DNA of 64,000 nucleotides from an uncultured Candidatus Saccharibacteria bacterium (GCA_964610125.1 CAZSUV010000002.1:46468-110467); one strand, 5' to 3'; positions 27,118-37,969 are shown, counted from the first letter of the stretch. Notes: a model not told the origin generated them from the letters alone. Numbers and translations: made by a program.

Positions 27118-28461
27118 ATGTCTACACTGCCAATGTTAGAGAAAAACTCATATCTAAGCCTCGTTATATCAGATAACAACATCTGGGCACATCTCGCATA
27201 TACAGATCATAATGCAAATAGGGAATATATACTCTCAGACTTCACAGATCTAAACCCATTAAAACAAAGATTGGATGATGATTTCTTTACCAAAAACTTC
27301 TGGTACGAATACTTTGATAATCTAGAAAAGGTCTTCAATTGGAATATCGTAGACAGAAATGGATATGGAATATTCTCTTTCAGAAAATTTGTAGAAGAAG
27401 GAGATGGAATATCAGGAATTAGAATACAGATGGATGAAAATCAAAAATACTTTCAAAAAATATTTTCATCACTTAGAGCATTCTCGAATGATATAGCTCT
27501 CAGAGTAATGGACGAAGTATACATGCGAGGAATGTTAGAGGGATTAACACAAAAACTGGGATATGATGACCTTCTTTTCTTAGATTTAGACCTCCAAGAC
27601 TTTAAAATTTACAGAGCATTCAAAGACCAGCAAACAGGAAAGATTGAAATATCCAAATCAAAGATAGAATGGAACAATGAATATGGGGTTATAGATTCAA
27701 TAAAGGATGCTCGATTTAAAGCATTTCTAGCCTCAGATGTAACATCCAAAGACATGCTCAATTACTGGAGCAACTTTGTACTAAATAGGGTAGTGTTTAC
27801 CGAAGATCCAAATATATTGGATACGGTAAGAGCATATACCACGGCACAATTACATTCGATATATCAAGACAACAAGGACAAATTACAAGCAATTGGGACA
27901 CAAGGAAACACAGGAATCATACTAACCGGTATGGTTCCATTACTATTAGGGAAAGAAAAACTCCTTCTTTCAGTAATTGATGGCTTTGAAGTATCAGGAA
28001 TACTAGATGCATACTTTGATACCGAAAAACGATTACTTTCCTATGCCAAAAGCTATATATCTGGTCCTGCATCTTCTGATGTAGTACTCACCAGAAAAGA
28101 AATTCTTTCTTGTGCTACCAAGGTATTAGTACCAGAAGTTAAAGTGTCTAGAAACAAAAGTAAGGTCATATTTAACGGATATACCGATTCATTAGAAGGT
28201 GAAAAACAAGATATCTTTGCACTTTCCCCTGAGTTCACATATATCAAATTACCATTACACAGGGAAAACCTAATTATTGAAGGTGAATTTAAAAATGGAG
28301 CATACATTAGAAATACCGAGGCAAAGGACAATTTAAGCTTCATATCAATACCTGGAAAGTTAAGATATGATTCCATGGTTATAGATGCACGACCAAAACC
28401 AATCGTGTATGGGCCTGATACATATGCAAACAAATTAAAATTACAACAGTGGTTGAAATGA
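27118..28461 (+). CDS. Hypothetical protein, divergent GlmL (glutamate mutase L)-like
   Basis: C-terminal VIDARPKPI...KLQQWL resembles the IDARGRP...W end of GlmL-like proteins (by eye). Confidence 0.45.
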   Translation: MSTLPMLEKNSYLSLVISDNNIWAHLAYTDHNANREYILSDFTDLNPLKQRLDDDFFTKNFWYEYFDNLEKVFNWNIVDRNGYGIFSFRKFVEEGDGISGIRIQMDENQKYFQKIFSSLRAFSNDIALRVMDEVYMRGMLEGLTQKLGYDDLLFLDLDLQDFKIYRAFKDQQTGKIEISKSKIEWNNEYGVIDSIKDARFKAFLASDVTSKDMLNYWSNFVLNRVVFTEDPNILDTVRAYTTAQLHSIYQDNKDKLQAIGTQGNTGIILTGMVPLLLGKEKLLLSVIDGFEVSGILDAYFDTEKRLLSYAKSYISGPASSDVVLTRKEILSCATKVLVPEVKVSRNKSKVIFNGYTDSLEGEKQDIFALSPEFTYIKLPLHRENLIIEGEFKNGAYIRNTEAKDNLSFISIPGKLRYDSMVIDARPKPIVYGPDTYANKLKLQQWLK

Positions 28462-29471
28462 TATTAAAACATAGGATGCTAGAAAAATATGATACATATA
28501 CATTCCGAATACCTGTAAACAGTAAAGACAAGGTTATGGTTAAGGCTGGAGACACTGTCAAAGAGGGAATGGATCTGTATCTGAGACGTGGTAACAATGC
28601 TCGCCATTCCTTCTACCTTCCGGATCAACTCCATTGTAGTTTAGAAACAGTAATGCAATATGTAACCTGTATAGATGGAGAATTTGTAAATGAGGGAGAT
28701 GTGCTTGCTGAGAAGATATCTGCAGGAGGATTAACTGTAAAACGACTAGTATCACCATCAAATGGAATTGTAGATCTCTCAAGAACAAAGTTGGGGTATA
28801 TTGATGTCTTAGGGGAAGAACATGAAGCCTTAATTAAAAGTACATTTCAAGCAGAAATATTGGATGTTAATCCATTGGAAGGAATTACATTAAAGACACC
28901 AGCATTAGCATTAGACCTGTTAAGTGTCTCCAGTGCTGAAAGAGTACTTTTAGCTGGGGAGTTTGTTACATTGAATATGGGGAAGGATATTAAATTGAAA
29001 GGAGATGATGCAAGCTACGAGGGGAAAATAGTATTTGTAGGCAAACATTTGCATACAAGTTTGCTCAGAGATCTTTTTGAAAAAGGAGCTAAGTTTGTGC
29101 TTACATACTCAATGGATTACCAAGATTTTAGAAATCAAGGATTACCAATAGGGCTGGTGGGAGGATTTGGGGAAATATATTCTGGTGGAGAATTTTTAGA
29201 GATGATAGCAAAATTAAACGGAAGCTATGCCGTAGTAGATTTCGATGAAAGTCAGATATTTTTCCTTAATGAAGAACATAAAACAAAGGAAAAAGATTCG
29301 GTGTTTGTAAAAAACTTGGTAGGGAGTAAAATAGTATCTCGTACACTTGGAAGTTATGGAATGACAGGAGAGATCCTAAGTACCGAAGGATCGTCATATG
29401 TAACAGTAGAGTGGGAACATGGTGGAAGAAGTGTAATCAATTTAGGAAGTTTAGAATTTGTATCATACTAG
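28458..29471 (+). CDS. Hypothetical protein with barrel-sandwich-hybrid-like repeats
   Basis: ATGA overlap with the upstream gene; VKAGDTVKEG, GEFVNEGDVLA, SPSNGIV. Confidence 0.55.
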   Translation: MILKHRMLEKYDTYTFRIPVNSKDKVMVKAGDTVKEGMDLYLRRGNNARHSFYLPDQLHCSLETVMQYVTCIDGEFVNEGDVLAEKISAGGLTVKRLVSPSNGIVDLSRTKLGYIDVLGEEHEALIKSTFQAEILDVNPLEGITLKTPALALDLLSVSSAERVLLAGEFVTLNMGKDIKLKGDDASYEGKIVFVGKHLHTSLLRDLFEKGAKFVLTYSMDYQDFRNQGLPIGLVGGFGEIYSGGEFLEMIAKLNGSYAVVDFDESQIFFLNEEHKTKEKDSVFVKNLVGSKIVSRTLGSYGMTGEILSTEGSSYVTVEWEHGGRSVINLGSLEFVSY

Positions 29472-29492
29472 TATAATTTAAGAAAAGAAATC

Positions 29493-30710
29493 ATGGAGAA
29501 ACAAACTACAAAAAAGCTTGGAATAGTAATATTGATGGTGTGTTTGTTTGCTATTGGCTTTGTGTCAGGAAGACTATTCCAAACCAACAAAGCAACAATA
29601 TCCAATGCACTATCTGGTAAATCTGATGTGAATTTCCAATTGTATTGGAATGTATGGGATTTGATGCAGAGTAAGTATGTGGATTCTTCCAAAATCGATG
29701 AACAAGAAATGATATATGGCTCAATTAAGGGAATGGTTAATTCGTTTGATGATGCAGCAACGGTATTCTTAGACCCTGAAGAAACTAAAACATTTAACGA
29801 AGCTAGTGAGGGAAAACTTTTCCAAGGTATTGGTGCTGAATTAGGGTATGACAGTAACAAACAGATCATCGTTGTATCTCCATTGGAAGGTTCTCCAGCA
29901 AAGGCTGCAGGTATCAAAGCTGGCGACTATATTCTAACTATTGATGGTGTAGCTATTAAATCAACTGAAACGGTATATGATGTTGTTGCAAAGATTCGAG
30001 GAGAATCTGGAACAAAAGTAAAACTTGGGATATTGCATAAGGGAGAAACGAAATCAGTAGAAATAGAAATTACGAGGAGTGATATAACCGTTCCGAGTAT
30101 GTCATTGTCATATGTTGGAGACAAGAAAGATATTGCATTGTTTAAAGTAAATAGATTTACAGACTCTTCATATAGTGAATGGACAAAGAATTGGGATACC
30201 AATGTAAATAGCATTGTAAAGTCTGGTGTAAAGAAAGTAATACTAGATTTGAGAGGTAATCCAGGGGGATATTTTGATGCTGCAATATATGCGGCTGATG
30301 ATTTTGTTGATTCTGGGAAAGTATTAGCCCAAGAGCAGGATAGTGCTGGGAAGATAGAGAAGTTTAATTCGACTAAGGGTGGTAAGCTTGTAAATATGCA
30401 AGTTATAGTGCTTGTCGATGGAGGTAGTGCATCTGCCTCAGAAATTCTTTCAGGAGCTTTGCAACAATCAGGAAGAGCTACAATAGTTGGTGATAAAACC
30501 TACGGAAAAGGTACGGCCCAAAGTGTACTAGATCTGTCGGATGGTTCTACATTACATGTCACAATATTGAAATGGTTACTTCCAGATGGGGGGTGGTTAA
30601 ACAAAGACAACCCAATTACACCAAATATTGAAATTGCAAATTCACAAGAAGATTTCAACAAGGGTGTAGATACCCAATTAAATCAAGCTATATCTGTGAT
30701 TCAAAAATAA
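29493..30710 (+). CDS. ctpA: S41 C-terminal processing protease (CtpA) with PDZ domain
   Basis: GIGAEL, DLRGNPGG, SASASEI, TYGKG. Confidence 0.93.
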   Translation: MEKQTTKKLGIVILMVCLFAIGFVSGRLFQTNKATISNALSGKSDVNFQLYWNVWDLMQSKYVDSSKIDEQEMIYGSIKGMVNSFDDAATVFLDPEETKTFNEASEGKLFQGIGAELGYDSNKQIIVVSPLEGSPAKAAGIKAGDYILTIDGVAIKSTETVYDVVAKIRGESGTKVKLGILHKGETKSVEIEITRSDITVPSMSLSYVGDKKDIALFKVNRFTDSSYSEWTKNWDTNVNSIVKSGVKKVILDLRGNPGGYFDAAIYAADDFVDSGKVLAQEQDSAGKIEKFNSTKGGKLVNMQVIVLVDGGSASASEILSGALQQSGRATIVGDKTYGKGTAQSVLDLSDGSTLHVTILKWLLPDGGWLNKDNPITPNIEIANSQEDFNKGVDTQLNQAISVIQK

Positions 30711-30730
30711 TTTTTAATATATATATATTT

Positions 30731-31879
30731 ATGGAAACAGAGAAGAGAACAATCACAAGTATTTTGAAAAGACATCCTCGAAGATATCTTTTCATATTTG
30801 GAACCATACTTGGAGTTATTTTAGTTTCAATTACTCTTACATCAATAGTAATTTTGAATATTGATAAGATTCAGAATTTTCTAGGCATTACTCAACAGAC
30901 AGCAAATAATGGGAATCCAATTGTAGTATCTCAAGAAGAAAGTAATACAATTAATATTGTAAAAAACGCTACTCCAGGAGTAGTAAGCATCGCTGTATCT
31001 CAAGTTTCTCTTTCACAGGACAAAGGAATCATAAACACAGATAGTAATATTGGGACTGGTTTTGTCGTTGATGCTAATGGATGGATAATAACTAACCAGC
31101 ATGTAGTTTCTAGTACAACTGCTGCATACAAGGTTGTTACAAGTGATGGGAAACAATATGACGTAACAGAGATTGCTAGAGATGATGCAAATGACATTGC
31201 AATATTAAGAATTGATGCCAAAGATTTGAAGGTACTTGAATTAGGTGATTCAGATAACTTAGTAGCAGGACAGGATGTAATCGCAATTGGGACTCCACTT
31301 GGTGAATATTCAGGTAGTGTAACCAAGGGGATAATTAGTGGATTAAATAGAACTGTTACTACTAGCGCAAGCTGGTTTGGTGCCACACAGAAAACATATG
31401 AAGGTGTACTACAAACTGATGCTGCAGTTAATCCTGGAAACTCTGGTGGCCCATTGTTAAATAGTGAGGGCAAAGTAATTGGAGTAAACTTTGCAACAAC
31501 TTCTGGAGCAGAGAACATCTCGTTTGCGTTACCAATCAACAAGGTTAAGGAAAGAATTGAAGAATATCGTACCTATGGTAAGTTCATAGAACCATATATG
31601 GGAGTTACATATCAAATGATTTCTGAATATCTTGCCTTGTACTACTCCAATACTAATGTAGTGCCAGGAGCTTTAATACAGAGCTTGGATGTAAATGGAC
31701 CTGCATACAAGGCTGGTATACAAAAAGGAGATATAGTTACAGAATTAGGGGGGGAGAAAGTAACATCTTCACTATCTGTATATATTCAGAAGCATAAAGT
31801 AGGGGATAAGGTCGAGGTTAAGGTAAATAGAGCAGGTTCAGAAAAAGTATTTGAAGTAACCTTAGCTGAAGCGGATTAG
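30731..31879 (+). CDS. htrA: HtrA/DegP-like S1C serine protease with PDZ domain
   Basis: TNQHVV, DIAIL, QTDAAVNPGNSGGPL. Confidence 0.94.
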   Translation: METEKRTITSILKRHPRRYLFIFGTILGVILVSITLTSIVILNIDKIQNFLGITQQTANNGNPIVVSQEESNTINIVKNATPGVVSIAVSQVSLSQDKGIINTDSNIGTGFVVDANGWIITNQHVVSSTTAAYKVVTSDGKQYDVTEIARDDANDIAILRIDAKDLKVLELGDSDNLVAGQDVIAIGTPLGEYSGSVTKGIISGLNRTVTTSASWFGATQKTYEGVLQTDAAVNPGNSGGPLLNSEGKVIGVNFATTSGAENISFALPINKVKERIEEYRTYGKFIEPYMGVTYQMISEYLALYYSNTNVVPGALIQSLDVNGPAYKAGIQKGDIVTELGGEKVTSSLSVYIQKHKVGDKVEVKVNRAGSEKVFEVTLAEAD

Positions 31880-32668
31880 TACAAATCTGTCTTTGCCATA
31901 TTGATCCTTGATGACCTTTGGGTAGAGGAGTTTGAATAACTCTAATGTAGATGGTTCTATCTCGAATATTGCACATCCTTTTAATTTCTTTGCCTCAATC
32001 TGAGCTAGTAGCTTTTCGTAATACTGAATTCCACTTTCTCCACCATCTAATGCAGTTCTAGGTTCAAAATCTTTAACGCTAGAATCTAATTCTAAATATT
32101 GTTGTGTTGGGATGTACGGAAGGTTGGCGAGTATCAAACAGAAACTATCTTTTGAGAATGAGATATCCTCAATCAAATCAGTCTTAGAGAATTTAATAAA
32201 TGATTTTTTCAAGATGTTCTTTTCATTTTCTTTTGCAATATTTAAAGCTTCATCAGAAATATCTGTTGCATAGTATTCATATGGTTTACTGTTCCATGAT
32301 TTTTCGAATAACTCTTTTACTAAGGATATAATGATGCATCCACTGCCTGTGCCAACATCTACGATATCTGTATATGGAGTGGGGGATTTGATTAACTCTT
32401 GCTTGGCAATATCAACCATTAACTCTGTTTCTATTCGAGGAATTAGTGTATGGGCATTTAATTTGAAATCAATATTTCTAAATTCTCCTTCACCTTTGAT
32501 ATATTCCCAAGGTTCATTGAGCTTTATCCTCTCCAATATCGGTTCTAATGGTAAATTATTTGCTTGGATATATTCTAAAATATCCTTTGCAACACGTGAG
32601 GTATCAAAATATCCAGAGGTCTTTAAAGCTTCTTGTATTTGAAAAAGAATTTTTAATTCGTTATTCAC
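31862..32668 (-). CDS. prmC: Release factor glutamine methyltransferase
   Basis: LIPRIETE, DVGTGSGCI, ANLPYI, EPRTALDGG; downstream of prfA. Confidence 0.93.
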   Translation of the reverse strand: MNNELKILFQIQEALKTSGYFDTSRVAKDILEYIQANNLPLEPILERIKLNEPWEYIKGEGEFRNIDFKLNAHTLIPRIETELMVDIAKQELIKSPTPYTDIVDVGTGSGCIIISLVKELFEKSWNSKPYEYYATDISDEALNIAKENEKNILKKSFIKFSKTDLIEDISFSKDSFCLILANLPYIPTQQYLELDSSVKDFEPRTALDGGESGIQYYEKLLAQIEAKKLKGCAIFEIEPSTLELFKLLYPKVIKDQYGKDRFVLIRFS

Positions 32669-33764
32669 CTTTTTCTTGCTGAGCTAATATCTCTTCTTGA
32701 ATACCTTTTCTTACATCATCAATTATTTCTTGGATATTACCCGTGAGGATACTCTCCATTCCAAACCATGAGAGCTTAACTCTGTGATCTGTAACTCGAT
32801 TTTGTGGGAAGTTGTATGTTCTGATTTTTTCTGCCCTAGAGTTAGAACCAATTTGAGATGATCGCATATCTTTTCGTTTTGCCATCTCTTCTTGTTTCTT
32901 CATATCGTACAATCTAGATCTGAGTAGAGCCATAGCCTTTTCTCTGTTTTGAGCTTGATGCTTAGTTTCTTGGCAACTTACGACAATTCCAGTTGCTATA
33001 TGTGTGATTCTTACCGCTGAGTCAGTTCTGTTTACACACTGTCCACCAGCGCCAGAAGCACGCATTACTTCAACTCTAATCTCACTTGGGTCTATTTGTA
33101 TATCTATCTCTTTTGCTTCAGGTAGGATGGCTACAGAAGCGGTAGAGGTATGTATTCTTCCTGCTGATTCAGTTGAAGGTATTCTTTGTACTCTGTGAAC
33201 ACCACTTTCATATTTAAGGTTTTTAAACACATTTTTTCCAGCTAAATGGGCAATGACTTCTTTGTATCCACCATCTTGGGTTACATTGCTATCTACTATC
33301 TGTACTTCCCAACCCTTGTTAGTTGCATATATGGAATACATCTTGAAAAGGTCTGCAGCAAATAGAGCTGCTTCATCACCACCTGCACCAGCACGGATTT
33401 CAAGTATGGCTGATCTGTCATCGTCTTCATCTTCAAATTGTCTTTCGACCTTGATTTGGAATATTTCTTTTTCTAAATTGGTTATGAGTTCTTCCTTTTG
33501 TGTGATTTCCTCTTTTGCCATTTCCACTATATCTGTATCTGCTTCATTTGAGAGTAGGTATTGTGCATCCTCTATATCCTTAATTGCTTTTTGTATGGCT
33601 GATGTATGGCTTGCAAGTTGTGCGTAGTAGCTTAAATCCCCACTTAATTTAGAGAGATTTGCTCCTCCAGTTGTATGGGCTAGGGTAATCTGTTGTTCTA
33701 AATCAGTAACATGGGTTTGTGCATCATTTCCGCTGTATTTTTTCTTTAACAAAGCTATATCCAT
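32661..33764 (-). CDS. prfA: Peptide chain release factor 1
   Basis: GVHRVQRIPSTES (PxT), GAGGQ, RTYN. Confidence 0.97.
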   Translation of the reverse strand: MDIALLKKKYSGNDAQTHVTDLEQQITLAHTTGGANLSKLSGDLSYYAQLASHTSAIQKAIKDIEDAQYLLSNEADTDIVEMAKEEITQKEELITNLEKEIFQIKVERQFEDEDDDRSAILEIRAGAGGDEAALFAADLFKMYSIYATNKGWEVQIVDSNVTQDGGYKEVIAHLAGKNVFKNLKYESGVHRVQRIPSTESAGRIHTSTASVAILPEAKEIDIQIDPSEIRVEVMRASGAGGQCVNRTDSAVRITHIATGIVVSCQETKHQAQNREKAMALLRSRLYDMKKQEEMAKRKDMRSSQIGSNSRAEKIRTYNFPQNRVTDHRVKLSWFGMESILTGNIQEIIDDVRKGIQEEILAQQEKGE

Positions 33765-33803
33765 ATGGATAATATATCATTTTAAATTATTAATGGAAAT
33801 TTG

Positions 33804-34142
33804 TTACCTAGATACTCTTGCGTTTTCAAGAAGATCCTTTAGTGTAAGGGTATTGGTTGGTCTTGAGGATACTGCACCCATCTTTTCTTTTCTTGCGAGC
33901 ATTTTTTCTTTCTTACTTCTGTAAGACATGCCTTGTGCTTTTGCTACCTTATCTTCATACTTCTTAACGATGTTATCGGTATCTACGATCTTTTGTTCAC
34001 CAGTATAGAATGGATGACATTTGGAACAGATATCGACGTTATGTGTACCTTCAGAGAGGGTAGAACCTGTTACGAATTTATTACCGCATGAGCAGATAAT
34101 TTCTAAATTGTGATTATATTCTGGGTGTATGTTCTTTTTCAT
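33804..34142 (-). CDS. rpmE: 50S ribosomal protein L31 (Zn-binding type, C-terminal extension)
   Basis: [23 protein letters not shown]. Confidence 0.96.
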   Translation of the reverse strand: MKKNIHPEYNHNLEIICSCGNKFVTGSTLSEGTHNVDICSKCHPFYTGEQKIVDTDNIVKKYEDKVAKAQGMSYRSKKEKMLARKEKMGAVSSRPTNTLTLKDLLENARVSR

Positions 34143-34178
34143 AGCGAGTAGGATTATATCAGATGATTTTGTTGTTGT

Positions 34179-34673
34179 CTAGAAATATTGAGGTTCTCTA
34201 TATGTTCTAGGGGAGTAATTCTTATATCCTCCATATCCCGGAATTATTGCTTCGGTTATTGTTGATAGGATGCAACCTCTTTCCTTATGAAATATTAAGG
34301 TTCTGTATATATCTATGTATTGTGTGAGTGGAATCTGGGTAAGGCCGGAGCGTTCAAGATATCCTTTAACAAAATCAGGCTCTAAATTAAATAGTTTTGG
34401 TAGATATTTCCCATTTAGCTGCCATTCTAATTTCTGGTATGGTGACTGTGTTTTATGGATATCAAACTCAAAATCAATTGGGTTGTAGATATAGCTTCCG
34501 TGTATATTCCCAAAGTTTTTGATTTCAAATTCACATTCTTCGTCAAAGATGAGTTGAGATGGAAAAATAGAGTCAGGAGTAAGGAGTTCTAAAACGTCAT
34601 GCTTTTCAAAGAACCGATATACTTCAATAGGCATTGTAGCTTCTTCAGGTGTATTTTCTTGTTCTGTATACAT
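34179..34673 (-). CDS. Hypothetical protein (ORFan)
   Basis: 164-aa ORF filling the intergenic space; TATAAT just upstream on the minus strand, near-leaderless. Confidence 0.7.
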   Translation of the reverse strand: MYTEQENTPEEATMPIEVYRFFEKHDVLELLTPDSIFPSQLIFDEECEFEIKNFGNIHGSYIYNPIDFEFDIHKTQSPYQKLEWQLNGKYLPKLFNLEPDFVKGYLERSGLTQIPLTQYIDIYRTLIFHKERGCILSTITEAIIPGYGGYKNYSPRTYREPQYF

Positions 34674-34752
34674 ATGTAATTATACTATTAATATCCCATA
34701 ATAAATACAGAGATATATTGCACTAAACATATCTTTTGCATATACTTTTGTA

Positions 34753-34971
34753 ATGACATATTCCAAAGGAATACAAAACAGAATAAATAGAGTAGAAGGC
34801 CAGGTAAAAGGAGTAAAGAAAATGGTAATGGATGGAGAAACCAATATAAAGGTAATGACCCAATTACAAGCATGTATATCCTCATTAGAAAGTTTAAAAG
34901 TAGAAATGATAAAACAAGAGATGAAACAATCCCTTGTAGAAGATGTTAAAAAATCATTAGGTTTGACCTAA
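34753..34971 (+). CDS. CsoR/RcnR-family repressor-like protein
   Basis: NRINRVEGQVKGVKKM helix-1 signature. Confidence 0.8.
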   Translation: MTYSKGIQNRINRVEGQVKGVKKMVMDGETNIKVMTQLQACISSLESLKVEMIKQEMKQSLVEDVKKSLGLT

Positions 34972-35050
34972 AAATTTCTTCTTCCGCCCCAGAAGAAATC
35001 TGATATACTATGGATAATAGCTAGTTGTTAAATTTATATACTTGAACACT

Positions 35051-35701
35051 ATGAAAATCAAGAAAGTTGGATGGACCAGTTTCCTAATCTCATCACCTAA
35101 TATCTCTGTTGTAACAGATCCATTAGCTGCAGTAGAAGCAGGTGCAAGTATATCTAAAACAGCTACAGACATTGCAATATTTACAAACTATGACAAAACA
35201 GTAAAAACAAGCATAATTAAAGATAACAACCTAGATACAAAAATAGTTCCTGACAAAAGAGAAAAGGTTATGGAGATATCAACACCGGGAGAATTTGAAG
35301 TAGGAGGAATCATGATTAGAAGAGATATCGACAAGGATTTTTACATTATTGATGAAAATACTCTTCGTGTAGTGTATTTAGGTGGTACTGGCAGTAGCTT
35401 TGATCCTGAAAGTGTAAAAAATGTTGGAGATGTAGATGTATTGATATTACCAGTAGGGGATGGAGTCAATTTCATGAGCTTTGATACAATGGAAAAGGTC
35501 ATATCTGAAATAGATCCTGCAGTATTACTTCCATGTGCTTTTTGTGAAGATGGTGCAAAAGGAAATACCTGCAAGAGTAAGGAAGAATTCATCAAACACT
35601 TTGGTTTTGCAAACGTACGAGAGGAAGCCACACTAAATGTTGTTAAGAAAAAAGTTGATGAAGAAAATCAACAAAGTGTAGAAGTAATATTTTTACAGTA
35701 A
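35051..35701 (+). CDS. MBL-fold hydrolase-like protein (metal motif degenerate)
   Basis: TDP, PGEFEVGGI, DVDVLILPVG, IDPAVLLP; no HxHxDH. Confidence 0.75.
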   Translation: MKIKKVGWTSFLISSPNISVVTDPLAAVEAGASISKTATDIAIFTNYDKTVKTSIIKDNNLDTKIVPDKREKVMEISTPGEFEVGGIMIRRDIDKDFYIIDENTLRVVYLGGTGSSFDPESVKNVGDVDVLILPVGDGVNFMSFDTMEKVISEIDPAVLLPCAFCEDGAKGNTCKSKEEFIKHFGFANVREEATLNVVKKKVDEENQQSVEVIFLQ

Positions 35702-35705
35702 AAAA

Positions 35706-37025
35706 ATGACGGAGAAAGTCCCTCCACAAAATATAGAGGCTGAACAATCATTGATAGGGTCAATGCTAATTGACAAGGATGCGGTGATTGCAGTTTCTGG
35801 TTGGTTACTTCCAGAACATTTCTATGAAGAGCGTAATGGCATTATATATGCCAACATTTTAGAACTCTTTAATGAAGCGCTTCCTGTAGATTTAATTACC
35901 CTTTCCGATGTATTAAAGAAGAAAAAACAACTAACCAAGATAGGAGGAAGAACATATCTTGCTGATTTAGTAGCAATGGTTCCAACCTCTGCGCATGCCG
36001 AAGAGTATGGAGGTATTGTAAAAGAAAGTGCAACGCGAAGAGGTCTTATTGCTGCATCTAGAGATATTACCGAATTAGCGTTTAACGAAGGTATGAAAAT
36101 TGAAAATGTTATGGATCAATCTGAAAAGCGAATTTTTGACGTTGCACAATCAGGTACGAAAAGTAACTTTGTCCATGTTCGAGATTTACTTAAAGAAGCT
36201 TTCGAAAGAGCAGAGAGGGCAGACAATGATGAGGCATATCTTGGGATATCAACGGGATTTAAGGATTTAGATGACTTACTCGGAGGATTCCAGAAATCAG
36301 ACTTAATTATTCTTGCCGCAAGACCTTCCGTTGGTAAAACATCGTTAGCACTGGACATGATACGTCACGCAGCAATGACTGAAAAAAAGACTGTAGCATT
36401 CTTCTCTCTTGAAATGAGTCAAACACAAATTATGGATAGGCTTATCGGTATGCAATCAGGAATTCCTTTCTGGGAAATTAGAACAGGAAGACTTACAGAC
36501 AAAAAGTTGATGAAATTAGCAGATACCATGGGTGAATTTGGTGATACAAATATATATATTGACGATCAGGCCGGTCAGCATATTAATGCAATTAGAACCA
36601 AAGCACGAAGGCTATCACTGGAACATGGGTTAGATATGATATTTGTTGACTACCTTCAGCTAATGCATGGAAGTAGTACAGAAAGTCGAACGCTTGAAGT
36701 TACTGAGATATCACAAGGATTAAAAAATATCGCAAAGGAACTTAATATCCCAGTAGTAGCTCTGGCTCAGCTTAATCGTGCAGTTGAACAAAGACAGGGT
36801 AGGAGACCTCAGTTGTCCGACCTTAGAGAGTCAGGATCAATCGAACAGGATGCTGACGTTGTAATGTTTATCGATAGAGAAGAAATGTGGAATCCTGATA
36901 CGGAGAACAAGGGAATAGGGGAACTTACCATTGCAAAGCATAGGAATGGACCAACGGGAGTAGTTAAATTAGCATTTGTAAATGAAATCGCAAGTTTCAG
37001 AAACCTGTACAAAGGCGAGAAATAG
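35706..37025 (+). CDS. dnaB: Replicative DNA helicase
   Basis: AARPSVGKT, FSLEM, DYLQL, DLRESGSIEQDAD, KHRNGPTG; no intein. Confidence 0.98.
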   Translation: MTEKVPPQNIEAEQSLIGSMLIDKDAVIAVSGWLLPEHFYEERNGIIYANILELFNEALPVDLITLSDVLKKKKQLTKIGGRTYLADLVAMVPTSAHAEEYGGIVKESATRRGLIAASRDITELAFNEGMKIENVMDQSEKRIFDVAQSGTKSNFVHVRDLLKEAFERAERADNDEAYLGISTGFKDLDDLLGGFQKSDLIILAARPSVGKTSLALDMIRHAAMTEKKTVAFFSLEMSQTQIMDRLIGMQSGIPFWEIRTGRLTDKKLMKLADTMGEFGDTNIYIDDQAGQHINAIRTKARRLSLEHGLDMIFVDYLQLMHGSSTESRTLEVTEISQGLKNIAKELNIPVVALAQLNRAVEQRQGRRPQLSDLRESGSIEQDADVVMFIDREEMWNPDTENKGIGELTIAKHRNGPTGVVKLAFVNEIASFRNLYKGEK

Positions 37026-37075
37026 CGCTAGGACCTTCTATATCTCTCATATTTCTAGTATAATACCTGCAACAA

Positions 37076-37159
37076 GGTCGAGTGGTGGAACTGGCAGACA
37101 CGCGGGACTCAAAATCCCGTGCTAGCAATAGCATAAGGGTTCAACTCCCTTCCCGACCA
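37076..37159 (+). tRNA. tRNA-Leu(CAA), CCA not encoded
   Basis: GGTCGAG/CCCGACC acceptor (one A-C mismatch), CGGGA-CTCAAAA-TCCCG anticodon arm, variable arm, GGTTCAACTCC. Confidence 0.95.
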
Positions 37160-37183
37160 TATTATATTTTGAGATAAAAAAGC

Positions 37184-37924
37184 ATGGAGACATTTTTACT
37201 CAATCTGCTCAGTGGTGTGGGGAAGGTAAATTTCCAAATAGTTTGGATTATCTTGGCTGTAGCATTTGTAATATTTTGGATAATTGTATTGGATTGGGTA
37301 TGGTTGGACGCTGGAGAGAGAACAAGTAACAAAACTGCAAGAATAATTTACTTGCTTCTTGTTGTATTTTTCAATATATTTGGATGGATTATGTATTTGA
37401 TTTTGAGACCATCTCAGACTATTGAGCAAATCTATTGGGCTGATCTTGAAAGAAGATATTTGAAATATGAAACTTCAGAATTGGGGGATTGTGCAAAGTG
37501 TGGTACTCAGTTATATCCTGGCTATACATATTGTCCCACCTGTGGATCAGAGATAAGAGTAAAATGTAAATCATGTGATGTATATATCGAGAAGAATAGC
37601 GAATACTGTCCATATTGTGGGGTTAAAGTTGAAAAAGATGTTGTAACTTTCGAAGAAGAAGCTCCAAGTAGGGAAGTAATGGAACAGCAGATTCAAGCAT
37701 CAAAGGACGAGGCTACGAAAGTTGTTGAGGCAGAGCAAACAAGATACAGCACGAAGAAGAGGAGTTTGACCGTAAAGGTAGGAAGCTCAATAATAGCGGG
37801 ATATCAAGCTCTTTTGAACAAAGCAAAAAATGTTGCAGAGCCATTAAAAAAGAAATCCGAAGAGGTTGCTGTAAAAACTACAGCAAAAAAGAGCAAGAAG
37901 AAAAAGAAAAATAAAAAACATTAA
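37184..37924 (+). CDS. Membrane protein with double zinc ribbon
   Basis: Two TMs ending YLILRP, then CAKC/CPTC/CKSC/CPYC; Lys-rich tail. Confidence 0.85.
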   Translation: METFLLNLLSGVGKVNFQIVWIILAVAFVIFWIIVLDWVWLDAGERTSNKTARIIYLLLVVFFNIFGWIMYLILRPSQTIEQIYWADLERRYLKYETSELGDCAKCGTQLYPGYTYCPTCGSEIRVKCKSCDVYIEKNSEYCPYCGVKVEKDVVTFEEEAPSREVMEQQIQASKDEATKVVEAEQTRYSTKKRSLTVKVGSSIIAGYQALLNKAKNVAEPLKKKSEEVAVKTTAKKSKKKKKNKKH

Positions 37925-37969
37925 TACTGTGATATTATATATTCACGGATATTAATTTGTTAATAAACT

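Noticed and set aside
35706-37025. Intein or intron in dnaB (also considered for the visible part of gyrA)
   Set aside because: Length and motif spacing are normal and no splicing motifs are visible.
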